Assembly (NCBI GenBank): GCA_017934955.1
Contig: JAGBIO010000005.1
Location: forward strand, 39,642-71,641
Reading direction: 5' to 3'
DNA: 32,000 nt
Origin: Clostridia bacterium
Lineage (GTDB): Bacteria; Bacillota; Clostridia; TANB77; RGIG9151
Shown: positions 1-7,882 of the stretch, piece after piece
Layout: every line of letters begins with the position of its first letter
Position numbering within the stretch: position 1 is the first letter of the stretch
The notes under the pieces: model-generated
What the model was told of the DNA's origin: nothing
The model's input: only the letters and a program-made list of their open reading frames with translations
The model's database searches: none
Position numbers and translations under genes: made by a program

Positions 1-360
1 AGAAATGAAGTAAGTTCGTTGTTGAAGGCGTCGTTTAAACCGGAATTTTTGAATCGGTTGGATGAAATTGTATTCTATAAACCGTTGATGAAGCAGGAAA
101 TCGGAAAGATTGTGGATTTGATGTTGAAGGATTTACAGAGACGGTTGGATTCGAAGCAGTTGAATCTTGTTGTGACGGATAAGGCGAAGGAATTTGTGAT
201 TGATAGCGGTTATGATCCGATCTACGGGGCAAGACCGTTGAAGAGATTTTTACAGCAGCAGGTGGAGACTTTGATTGCGAAGAAGATTATTGAGGGCAAT
301 TTGGATGTCGGAAGCGAGATTAAAGTGGATTATGATGGAGAGAAGCTGTTTATTGCTTAG
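1..360 (+). CDS. clpB: ClpB-type AAA+ disaggregase, C-terminal fragment (5' end lies outside the window)
   Basis: Frame 1 is open from base 1. FKPEFLNRLDEIVFYKPL and GYDPIYGARPLKRFLQQ are the sensor-2/C-terminal motifs of ClpB/Hsp104. Stop at 358-360. Confidence 0.8.
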   Translation, partial: RNEVSSLLKASFKPEFLNRLDEIVFYKPLMKQEIGKIVDLMLKDLQRRLDSKQLNLVVTDKAKEFVIDSGYDPIYGARPLKRFLQQQVETLIAKKIIEGNLDVGSEIKVDYDGEKLFIA

Positions 361-450
361 GACAGCATGAATGCTGTCCGTACAGAAAGATGAGATGATT
401 TGTGGACAGCATGAATGATGGTTTTTGTAGGGACAGCATTCATGCTGTCC
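360..450. repeat. REP-like hairpin cluster: full copy 360-379 (GGACAGCATGAATGCTGTCC), half copy 404-417, full copy 431-450 (loop TC, opposite polarity)
   Basis: Perfect 9+9 bp palindromes read directly. The first copy starts on the last base of the clpB stop codon. Confidence 0.9.
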
Positions 451-532
451 GTTGTATATTCTTAAATATTCAGATAATTTTCACATTTCTACAAATTAAC
501 ATCACATATTTTTGGTAAAATAATTATCGTAG

Positions 533-597
533 GGACACAATTCATTGTGTCCGAGAGTATAGACTGAATTAGGACACAATAAATTGTGTCCCTACAG
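533..597. repeat. Inverted doublet of the CACAAT stem subfamily (GGACACAATTCATTGTGTCC 533-552; GGACACAATAAATTGTGTCC 572-591, followed by CTACAG)
   Basis: Two perfect 20-bp palindromes flanked by CGTAGG...CCCTACAG, ending immediately upstream of the htrA RBS at 603-610. Confidence 0.9.
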
Positions 598-617
598 TAA
601 TTGAGGAGGATGATTTT

Positions 618-1814
618 ATGGAAAATAATGAATTTCATGAAAATGAATCTATTGTAAATGAGGAAAGTACAGTGATAGAACAAGAAGTGCCGCCGGCTCG
701 GGAGAAACGGAGAAAGTCGGGAAATGGTAGTGTTGTGGTTGTGATGTTGCTGTTGTTTGCAGTGATGCTTGGTTTTTCGGTGGGGAAATTGAGTGAGAAA
801 AAGGCGGATAGCAATTCTGAGAATCAGGGAGAGATTTATAACAATATTATTAAAACGATGTCGCTTGCCGGAAATGAAAATGCGGAATTGACGATTAAGG
901 ACATTGCAAAGCTTACGGAAAATTCGGTGGTGGAGATTTCGACGGAGACAGTGGTTCGGGGGACTTTTTTAGGACAGTTTATTTCAGAAGGTGGCGGTAG
1001 TGGCGTTGTTTTGAGCAGTGACGGATATATCGTGACGAATTACCATGTGATTGATGATGCCAGAAAAATTACTGTGAAATTGAGAAACGGTGAGGAATAT
1101 GAGGCTACTTTAATTGGAAAAAACAGCGAGAAGGATATTGCGGTTTTGAAGATTGAAAAAGACGGTTTGCAACCGGTTGTATTAGGCGATTCTTCGAAGT
1201 TGGAAGTAGGAGATACGGCGGTGGTTATCGGAAACCCGTTGGGATCTCTTGGTGGTACCGTGACGAATGGCATTATTAGTGCATTAGACAGGGAAATTGA
1301 TTTGGGAGATACCAAAATGAATTTGTTGCAGACAAATGCGGCAGTGAATCCGGGAAATTCCGGCGGAGGTTTGTTTAACGGAAAGGGAGAGTTGGTTGGA
1401 ATCGTGGTAGCGAAATCGGCGGGTTCGGATATTGAGGGAATCGGCTTTGCAATTCCGATTAACGATATTAAGGATACGATTTTGGAATTAAAGGACTACG
1501 GGTATGTGAGAGGAAAAGTGCAGCTTGGTGTGGTGCTGATTGATGTGACAAGTGAGAAGTTGGCGGATCTTTATCGTGTTGAGGAGACAGGTGTTTATGT
1601 GCAGAGTGTGATGAACGGATCGGATGGAGATGTTGCCGGGGTGAAAGCGGGAGACCGAATTGTAAGCTTTGCGGGAACTGAGATTAAGGAAGCAGAGGAG
1701 TTAAAAGGTGTGCTTGCGAAAATGAATCCGGGAGATACGGCGGAAATGGTGGTTTCGAGGAATGGAAGGAAACAAACCTTGAGAGTGAAGTTGAGTGAGT
1801 ATAAGGGCGAGTGA
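618..1814 (+). CDS. htrA: HtrA/DegP-like S1C serine protease with N-terminal membrane anchor and C-terminal PDZ domain
   Basis: RBS GAGGAGGA at 603-610. Catalytic triad context TNYHVI, DIAVLKI, GNSGGGL. TM segment VVVVMLLLFAVMLGF. PDZ-like C-terminus. Confidence 0.85.
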   Translation: MENNEFHENESIVNEESTVIEQEVPPAREKRRKSGNGSVVVVMLLLFAVMLGFSVGKLSEKKADSNSENQGEIYNNIIKTMSLAGNENAELTIKDIAKLTENSVVEISTETVVRGTFLGQFISEGGGSGVVLSSDGYIVTNYHVIDDARKITVKLRNGEEYEATLIGKNSEKDIAVLKIEKDGLQPVVLGDSSKLEVGDTAVVIGNPLGSLGGTVTNGIISALDREIDLGDTKMNLLQTNAAVNPGNSGGGLFNGKGELVGIVVAKSAGSDIEGIGFAIPINDIKDTILELKDYGYVRGKVQLGVVLIDVTSEKLADLYRVEETGVYVQSVMNGSDGDVAGVKAGDRIVSFAGTEIKEAEELKGVLAKMNPGDTAEMVVSRNGRKQTLRVKLSEYKGE

Positions 1815-1895
1815 AGTTGTGAATCGTAACTTCTTGACGTAGATTGTTTGTCGTATTACAATAGTTACAATCTATACGATAAATGAGGTGTTCAA

Positions 1896-2540
1896 ATGAT
1901 AAAAATATATCCTTCGATTTTGTCTGCAGATTTTTCGAAATTGGGAGAGGAAATTCGTGAAATTGATAATGCGGGTGCGGATGGTGTCCATATTGATGTG
2001 ATGGATGGCGTTTTTGTGCCGAATATTACATTTGGAATGCCGGTGGTGAAGGCGATTCGAAAGTGTAGCCGGCTTTTTTATGATGTGCATTTGATGATTG
2101 AGAAGCCGGAGCGGTATATTCAGGCTTTTGCGGATGCGGGAGCGGATGGAATTACGTTTCATATTGAGAGTACCGATTCGCCGGAGTGTGTGATTGATTT
2201 GATTCACGAGACGGGGAAGAAGGTTGGAATTTCGATAAAACCGAATACCCCGATTCCTTCGATGGATTTATTGAAGGAGGTTGACTTGGTTTTAGTGATG
2301 TCGGTGGAGCCGGGATTTGGCGGTCAGAAGTATCTGGAGGCAATGAATCGGAAGATTGAAGATTTGGCGCGGGTTCGTTATGAGCATGATTTGAAGTTTG
2401 AGATTGAGGTAGATGGTGGAATTAATTTGGAAAATGCGTCTGTTGTGACGAAATGTGGTGCGGATATTTTAGTGGCGGGAAAGACGGTTTTTGAAGCAGA
2501 GGATAAGAAGGAGTGTATGAGTAGATTAAGAGAGGGATAA
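1896..2540 (+). CDS. rpe: Ribulose-phosphate 3-epimerase
   Basis: IYPSILSADF, HIDVMDG.FVPN and VEPGFGGQK motifs. 214 aa, the typical length. Confidence 0.9.
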   Translation: MIKIYPSILSADFSKLGEEIREIDNAGADGVHIDVMDGVFVPNITFGMPVVKAIRKCSRLFYDVHLMIEKPERYIQAFADAGADGITFHIESTDSPECVIDLIHETGKKVGISIKPNTPIPSMDLLKEVDLVLVMSVEPGFGGQKYLEAMNRKIEDLARVRYEHDLKFEIEVDGGINLENASVVTKCGADILVAGKTVFEAEDKKECMSRLREG

Positions 2541-2546
2541 AAGAGT

Positions 2547-2749
2547 GGACAGCATGAATGCTGTCCGTACAGAAAAAGCAGAAATGATAAAATTGCACAA
2601 TGTGTAGGGACAGCATTTATGCTGTCCACAGAAAAAGCAGAAATGATAAAATTGCACAATGCGTAGGGACAGCATGAATGCTGTCCGTACAGAAAAAAGC
2701 AGAAATGATAAAAATTGTGCAATGCGTAGGGACAGCATTTATGCTGTCC
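2547..2749. repeat. Tandem array of 4 REP-like hairpins (cores 2547-2566, 2608-2627, 2667-2686, 2730-2749), period 59-63 bp, central dinucleotide alternating GA/TT/GA/TT
   Basis: Read directly. The inter-hairpin segments are near-identical (ACAGAAAAAGCAGAAATGATAAAATTGCACAATG[T/C]GTAGG), so the whole unit is repeated. Confidence 0.9.
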
Positions 2750-2847
2750 ATTAAATAGGCGTAGCGTTAAATTTATAGCAAATTTTTGAATTTTGCATAT
2801 TATAAAGCGGAGAATTTGTCAATACTATCATGGAGGTGATGTCATAA

Positions 2848-5274
2848 ATGTACAAATTTACCGAAAAAGCGGAAAAAGTGATAAAGCTATCGAAAGATGC
2901 GGCGGTTGCTTTGGGGCATAATTATGTGGGTACGGAGCATATTTTGTTGGCTTTGATGGAAGAGGGTAATGGTGTTGCTTGTAAGGTTTTGACTTTACAG
3001 GGACTTACAAAGGAGAATATAGCGGATAAAATTGAAGAGTTGATTGGACATGGCGTGGAAGAGGATGTGAAGATGCTTGGATTTACACCTCGTTCGAAGC
3101 GTGTGTTGGAAATTGCGTTTCATGAGGCACGTGGAAACGGGCAGGAGTTTATCGGAACGGAACATATTTTGTTGGCGATTATGAGGGAAAAAGACAGTAT
3201 TGCGGTGCGTGTTTTGGCGGATATGGGCGTTAATATGCAGTCGCTTTACGATGAAATATACAGAAGAGTATCGATTGAGTCGAAAAAGGCGGATTTGGAG
3301 CCGATTAAGAGAAATACGCGGAGCAATTTGACACCGACGTTGAATCAGTTTGGTCGGGACTTGACAGAACTTGCTGAGTTGGGAAAGATTGATCCGGTGA
3401 TTGGCAGAAGCGATGAAATTGAGCGTGTCATTCAGGTATTAAGTCGAAGAACGAAGAACAATCCTTGTTTGATTGGAGAGCCGGGTGTTGGAAAGACAGC
3501 GATTGCGGAAGGTTTAGCGCAAAAGATTGTGCAGGGAGATATTCCGGAGATTTTGAAGGATAAAAGAATTGTGACGTTGGATTTGTCTTCGGTGGTTGCG
3601 GGTGCGAAGTACCGAGGTGAGTTTGAAGAGCGAATCAAAAAGGCGTTAAATGAAGTCATAAAAGCCGGAAATGTTATTTTGTTTATTGATGAGTTGCATA
3701 CGATTGTGGGCGCAGGCGCTGCGGAAGGTGCGATTGATGCAGCGAATATTTTAAAACCGCTTTTGGCACGAGGCGAAATTCAGTTGGTTGGTGCGACGAC
3801 GTTGGATGAATATAAAAAGTATATTGAAAAGGATTCTGCGTTGGAGCGAAGATTTCAGCCGATTCAGGTGGATGAGCCGACTGAGGAGGATGCGATTCAG
3901 ATTTTAAGAGGGCTTCGGGATCGTTATGAGGCGCATCATAAGGTGAAGATTACCGATGAGGCAATTTTGTCGGCGGTGAAGTTGTCGAAGCGATATATTA
4001 GTGATCGTTGCTTGCCGGATAAGGCGATTGATTTGATGGATGAGGCGGCGTCGAAATTGCGTTTGTTGAGTTTTACCGAGCCGGCGAATATTAAAGAGAT
4101 TGAGGAAAAAATAAAGCGTTTCTCGGAGGAAAAAGAAGAAGCGATTAAGGTGCAGGATTTTGAGAGGGCGGCGGAAGTTCGAGATAAGGAACTGAAGCTG
4201 AAGACGCGTCTCGAGAATGCAAAGAAGGATTGGCAGAAGAAGAGTAAATTGACTGAGTCGGTTGTGGGAGAAGAACAGATTGCAGAGATTGTTTCGAAGT
4301 GGACGGGAATTCCTGTGACAAGGCTTGCGGAAGAGGAGACCGAGCGTTTAAAGAACATGGAGGAAACCTTGAAGAAACGAGTTGTCGGGCAGGATGAAGC
4401 GGTTATTTCGGTGTCTAAGGCGATTAAGAGAAGTCGTGTGGGGATTCAGGATCCTAAGCGTCCGATTGGTTCCTTTTTGTTCTTAGGACCGACGGGGGTT
4501 GGAAAAACCGAGTTGAGTAAGGCTTTGGCGGAAGTTTTGTTTGGCGATGAGAATGCGATGATTCGAATCGATATGTCGGAGTATATGGAGAAACATACCG
4601 TTTCTCGTTTGGTTGGTTCACCTCCGGGATATGTTGGTTACGAAGAGGGCGGTCAGCTTACCGATAAGATTCGTAGAAAGCCGTATTCGGTGTTGCTGTT
4701 TGACGAGATTGAAAAGGCGCATGAGGATGTGTTTAACATTCTTTTGCAGATTTTAGAGGATGGAAGATTGACCGATTCGCAGGGGAGAACGGTAAATTTC
4801 AATAATACGATTATTATTATGACGTCAAATGTGGGCGCTCGAACGATTTCGGATGGAAAGAAGTTGGGATTTGAGAAGGGCGAGAAGAAGGAAGAGAGTT
4901 ATCGGGATATTAAGAAAAACGTGATGGATGAGTTAAAGAGGACTTTCCGTCCGGAGTTTTTAAATCGTATTGATGATATTATTGTGTTCCATCAGTTGAA
5001 TGAAGATAATATTCGCAAAATTGTGGATATTATGGTGACGGAATTGGTAAAGCGTTTAGAAACGAAGGAAATCTTTATTGAAGTGGGAGATGACGTTCGA
5101 AACTTTATTGCGAAGAAGGGTTTTGATATTACCTACGGTGCAAGACCGCTACGAAGGGCGATTCAGAATGAGATTGAGGATATTGTGGCAGAGGGAATTT
5201 TGAATCGGGATATCAAGACCGGAAGGAAGGTTCGGTTGAAGGTTGTTGAGGATAAAGTGAAAGTAGAGAATTAA
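2848..5274 (+). CDS. clpC: ClpC-type AAA+ ATPase (Clp_N repeats, two AAA modules, UVR-like middle motif)
   Basis: N-terminal double Clp_N (GHNYVGTEHILLAL, EFIGTEHILLAI). Walker A GEPGVGKT and GPTGVGKT. UVR-like QDFERAAEVRDKE. 808 aa. Confidence 0.9.
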   Translation: MYKFTEKAEKVIKLSKDAAVALGHNYVGTEHILLALMEEGNGVACKVLTLQGLTKENIADKIEELIGHGVEEDVKMLGFTPRSKRVLEIAFHEARGNGQEFIGTEHILLAIMREKDSIAVRVLADMGVNMQSLYDEIYRRVSIESKKADLEPIKRNTRSNLTPTLNQFGRDLTELAELGKIDPVIGRSDEIERVIQVLSRRTKNNPCLIGEPGVGKTAIAEGLAQKIVQGDIPEILKDKRIVTLDLSSVVAGAKYRGEFEERIKKALNEVIKAGNVILFIDELHTIVGAGAAEGAIDAANILKPLLARGEIQLVGATTLDEYKKYIEKDSALERRFQPIQVDEPTEEDAIQILRGLRDRYEAHHKVKITDEAILSAVKLSKRYISDRCLPDKAIDLMDEAASKLRLLSFTEPANIKEIEEKIKRFSEEKEEAIKVQDFERAAEVRDKELKLKTRLENAKKDWQKKSKLTESVVGEEQIAEIVSKWTGIPVTRLAEEETERLKNMEETLKKRVVGQDEAVISVSKAIKRSRVGIQDPKRPIGSFLFLGPTGVGKTELSKALAEVLFGDENAMIRIDMSEYMEKHTVSRLVGSPPGYVGYEEGGQLTDKIRRKPYSVLLFDEIEKAHEDVFNILLQILEDGRLTDSQGRTVNFNNTIIIMTSNVGARTISDGKKLGFEKGEKKEESYRDIKKNVMDELKRTFRPEFLNRIDDIIVFHQLNEDNIRKIVDIMVTELVKRLETKEIFIEVGDDVRNFIAKKGFDITYGARPLRRAIQNEIEDIVAEGILNRDIKTGRKVRLKVVEDKVKVEN

Positions 5275-5315
5275 ATAAGGATTTTTAGAAGTGGTTCCGA
5301 AACGTTCCCAGTGCA

Positions 5316-5357
5316 AAATAAACGTTGGATATAGTATCCGGCGTTTATTTTTTTTGT
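5316..5357 (+). terminator. Intrinsic terminator of clpC
   Basis: AAATAAACGTTGGATA-TAG-TATCCGGCGTTTATTT forms a 16-bp stem (two G.U pairs) followed by a T8 run. Confidence 0.8.
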
Positions 5358-5392
5358 TGTATAGGAAAAATCAAAGATTTTGCCTATACAAC
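5356..5392. repeat. Unclassified hairpin (GTTGTATAGG-N17-CCTATACAAC). Its 3' flank ATTTTGCCTA..CAA recurs at 5463-5485.
   Basis: Perfect 10-bp inverted repeat plus a partial direct repeat, both read directly. Confidence 0.5.
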
Positions 5393-5490
5393 AAAAAACG
5401 CTCCGCGAGGAAGCACACTCGCACGAAAGGAAAGTTGCTCCGCAACTCGTGCTCAGCGCAGGTATTTTGCCTACGCAAAACATTTTTTGT

Positions 5491-5519
5491 TTGACAATTT
5501 TTGTAAAATGATATAAGAT
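5491..5519 (+). promoter_or_regulatory. Candidate sigma-A promoter with no obvious cognate CDS (TTGACA, then TATAAG/TAAGAT after 15-17 nt)
   Basis: Perfect -35 hexamer at 5491-5496. The -10 is AT-rich and imperfect. Confidence 0.3.
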
Positions 5520-5671
5520 AGAGTAAGTTGAAGCAATGGAATAATGAGAGAGTTAAATAGGTGGAAATAGATATTTTAGAGAACTATTACAACGAATTAG
5601 AGATATCCGGAAGTTGAAAATTCAGAATTGGAAAAAGTAGTTTATGACAATATCGTTTAAAATCAATTTTC

Positions 5672-5698
5672 AAAAGCAATTTAATAGATTTGCTTTTT
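5672..5698 (+). terminator. Small intrinsic terminator-like hairpin (AAAAGCAA-N10-TTGCTTTTT)
   Basis: 8-bp stem followed by a T-run, about 180 nt downstream of the orphan promoter. No ORF of 60 aa or more lies between them. Confidence 0.4.
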
Positions 5699-5789
5699 AC
5701 ATTTTTATCAATATAAATGATAATTTTTTATAAAAATAGTGGTAATACCGACTTAAGTTAATAAAATATATAAAGAAAGGAGAATAGTA

Positions 5790-6491
5790 ATGCAAGAAAA
5801 TGACTTAATTATATATAAAAATAGTGATGGCAATATTATAGTAGATGCAATATACAAAGATGAAACATTGTGGTTAACACAAAAAGGTATGTCAAAAGTT
5901 TTTGATTGTTCTATAGATAATATTTCCTTACATTTAAAAAATATTTTTAAAGATAATGAACTAAATGAAAATTCAGTTGTCGAGGATTCCTCGGTAACTG
6001 CTTCTGATGGAAAAAACTATAAGACGAAAATATATAATTTGGATGCTATAATTGCAGTTGGATACAGAGTTAATTCTAAAAAAGCAACTGAATTTAGAAT
6101 TTGGGCAACAAAAGTGTTAAAAGAATATATGACTAAAGGATTTGCTTTAAATGATGAACGTTTCATTAAAGGTAATAAATATGATGCAAAATATTTTGAT
6201 GAATTGCTTGAAAGAATTAAAACTATTCGTGTTAGTGAAAGAATGGCATATCAAAAAATTACAGATTTATTTATCGCAACATCAACCGACTATAGTCCTA
6301 AATCAGAAGAAGCATATACATTCTTTAAAATAGTACAAAATAAATTGCATTATGCTATTTCCGGACATACTGCAGCTGAACTTATATATAATAGAGTGAA
6401 TTCAGAAAAAGAACATATGGGGCTTACAAATTGGAAAAATTCTCCCGATGATTTAATATATAAATATGATGTAGTAGTTGCTAAAAATTAA
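5790..6491 (+). CDS. RhuM-family protein, C-terminally truncated (about two thirds of the usual length)
   Basis: RBS AAAGGAG. NLDAIIAVGYRVNSKKATEFRIWATKVLKEY and HYAISGHTAAELIY match my recollection of the RhuM family. The ORF stops right after VVVAKN, where family members continue with AKNYL and about 100 more residues. Very AT-rich DNA. Confidence 0.65.
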   Translation: MQENDLIIYKNSDGNIIVDAIYKDETLWLTQKGMSKVFDCSIDNISLHLKNIFKDNELNENSVVEDSSVTASDGKNYKTKIYNLDAIIAVGYRVNSKKATEFRIWATKVLKEYMTKGFALNDERFIKGNKYDAKYFDELLERIKTIRVSERMAYQKITDLFIATSTDYSPKSEEAYTFFKIVQNKLHYAISGHTAAELIYNRVNSEKEHMGLTNWKNSPDDLIYKYDVVVAKN

Positions 6492-6498
6492 TGATAGG

Positions 6499-6939
6499 AG
6501 ATGTATTATTAGGAATAGTATCATTATGTACATAATTTCCTATTTACCACAAGCAATTAAATTAATTAAAACAAAAGAATCAAAAGATTTAAGCAAAACT
6601 GCTTAGATAATATGGGGTGTAAGCAGTTTTTCATATTCATTGTATGCATTTCTGTGTTCTGATGAATTTATGTTAAAATTTGAAACTACATTAGAATTTT
6701 CTGTTACTAATCAGACTTAAAATTATAAAAATGTTACGAACACTGTAGGGACAGCATTTATGCTGTCCACAGAAAAGGCGGAAAGCAGGACAGCATGAAT
6801 GCTGTCCCTACAATGGTTGTAGCATCATTATAAAAAGCTATAGTCTGACCTGTAACAATTTTCTTTTTGTTTACTAATACTATTATTGACGGTAAAATAT
6901 AGAAATAATAAAATAGAAGGTGATAAAAATGACAAATAA
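6499..6939 (+). pseudogene. SemiSWEET/PQ-loop transporter remnant: 5'-truncated, in-frame TAG at 6604-6606, interrupted by the MITE at 6703-6856
   Basis: Frame 1 reads ..IIMYIISYLPQAIKLIKTKESKDLSKTA*IIWGVSSFSYSLYAFL..FETTLEFS, which carries the PQ motif. After removing the MITE plus one TSD copy (162 bp, 54 codons) the frame continues FCLLILLLTVKYRNNK.., a plausible last TM helix with a basic tail. Confidence 0.6.
6703..6856. mobile_element. MITE copy A (154 bp): TIRs GTTACTAATCAGACT / AGTCTGACCTGTAAC, internal inverted doublet of CAGCAT-type hairpins (6749-6768, 6788-6807), 8-bp TSD AATTTTCT (6695-6702 and 6857-6864)
   Basis: TIRs, the perfect direct duplication and similarity to the second copy at 22354-22523 were all read directly. 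Confidence 0.8.
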
Positions 6940-7804
6940 CGATGAAAAGTTAACTAAAGTAGTAATAAACTGGTTCCCTGGACATATGGTGAAGGCGAAG
7001 AAGGAAATTAAGGATAACTTAAAATTGGTGGATACGGTTATTGAGATTATTGATGCGAGGATTCCGAAAAGCAGCAGAAATCCGGATTTTGATGAGTTGG
7101 TGGCGAACAAGCCTCGGATTATTGCGTTAAATAAGTTTGATTTGGCGGATGAAGCGGTAAATCGAGAGTGGATTTCTTTTTTTAAGAAAAACGGACAGGC
7201 TGCGGTGTTGATTAATTCGATAACCGGTGCCGGAATTAAAGAATTATTGGCTTGTGCTTATCGTTCGGTTTCCGAGAAGATGGAACGGAATGCGGAGCGT
7301 GGTCGTGTGGGAAGAAGTGTGCGCGCAGCAGTGATTGGAATTCCGAATGCCGGAAAATCTTCTTTTATCAATAAAGTGGCGAAGAGAACTGTGGCAAATG
7401 TGGGAAACAAGCCGGGTGTGACGAGAACAAAACAATGGATTCGAACGGATGCGGGCGTGGAGTTGATGGATACGCCGGGGATTCTTTGGCCGAAGTTTGA
7501 AAAAGAAGAAATCGGGTTGCATTTAGCGTTTACCGGTGCGATTCGTTCGGAAATTTTGGATAACGCGGAGATTGCGTTGAAGTTGATTGGAGACCTTCGA
7601 AAGTATTATGCGCAGGAGTTGTTTGGACGATATAAGATAGAGACGGCAGAGAGTGACACGGATTTGGAGATTATGGAGAAAATCGGGAAGCGGCGTGGTT
7701 GTATTGTTTCGGGCGGCGAAGTGGATTATGAAAAAACGGCGAACATTATTTTAGATGAATTTCGAAAGGGGACAATTGGAAGGATTAGTTTGGAGAGACC
7801 TTAG
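6929..7804 (+). CDS. rbgA: Ribosome biogenesis GTPase A (YlqF/RbgA, circularly permuted GTPase)
   Basis: INWFPGHM start motif. LNKFDL (G4) precedes GIPNAGKSS (G1) and DTPG (G3). The start was moved to ATG 6929, behind GAAGGTGA. Confidence 0.85.
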   Translation: MTNNDEKLTKVVINWFPGHMVKAKKEIKDNLKLVDTVIEIIDARIPKSSRNPDFDELVANKPRIIALNKFDLADEAVNREWISFFKKNGQAAVLINSITGAGIKELLACAYRSVSEKMERNAERGRVGRSVRAAVIGIPNAGKSSFINKVAKRTVANVGNKPGVTRTKQWIRTDAGVELMDTPGILWPKFEKEEIGLHLAFTGAIRSEILDNAEIALKLIGDLRKYYAQELFGRYKIETAESDTDLEIMEKIGKRRGCIVSGGEVDYEKTANIILDEFRKGTIGRISLERP

Positions 7805-7809
7805 AAAGA

Positions 7810-7882
7810 GGACACAATAAATTGTGTCCGTACGGAATGAGAAGAAAGGTAAAAAGATGTATGGACAGCATAAATGCTGTCC
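7810..7882. repeat. Direct tandem pair of hairpins of two different stem subfamilies (GGACACAATAAATTGTGTCC 7810-7829; GGACAGCATAAATGCTGTCC 7863-7882), each followed by GTACGGA[A/G]TGAGAAG[A/G]AAG
   Basis: Read directly. 53-bp period, conserved flank and compensatory stem difference. Confidence 0.9.

Noticed and set aside
1040-1315. Antisense ORFs inside well-supported genes (1040-1315, 3432-3659, 3936-4358, 7244-7522, 9660-10061, 17141-17485, 19892-20479, 21073-21477, 25303-25932, 29719-30060 and others)
   Set aside because: Each lies wholly within a strongly supported CDS on the opposite strand or in another frame, and they have biased, low-complexity compositions typical of shadow ORFs.
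2378-2738. Minus-strand ORFs of 114, 64 and 70 aa, and similar ORFs at 489-683, 16862-17086, 23773-24027 and 31144-31389
   Set aside because: They are built entirely from the repeat elements. They have no RBS and low-complexity translations (..GQHSCCPY.., ..VRTAFMLS..) that recur wherever the repeat occurs.
2547-2749. CRISPR array interpretation of the hairpin arrays here and at 9483-9670 and 23841-23992
   Set aside because: The segments between the palindromic cores are near-identical repeats of each other, not unique spacers. The same hairpin occurs singly all over the window, and no cas genes or leader are present.
6886-6914. TTGACG-N17-TAAAAT as the rbgA promoter
   Set aside because: The hexamers are good, but the predicted start (about 6921) would fall inside the rbgA Shine-Dalgarno sequence. 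It may be fortuitous in AT-rich DNA or belong to the ancestral SemiSWEET 3' end. Not reported as a feature.
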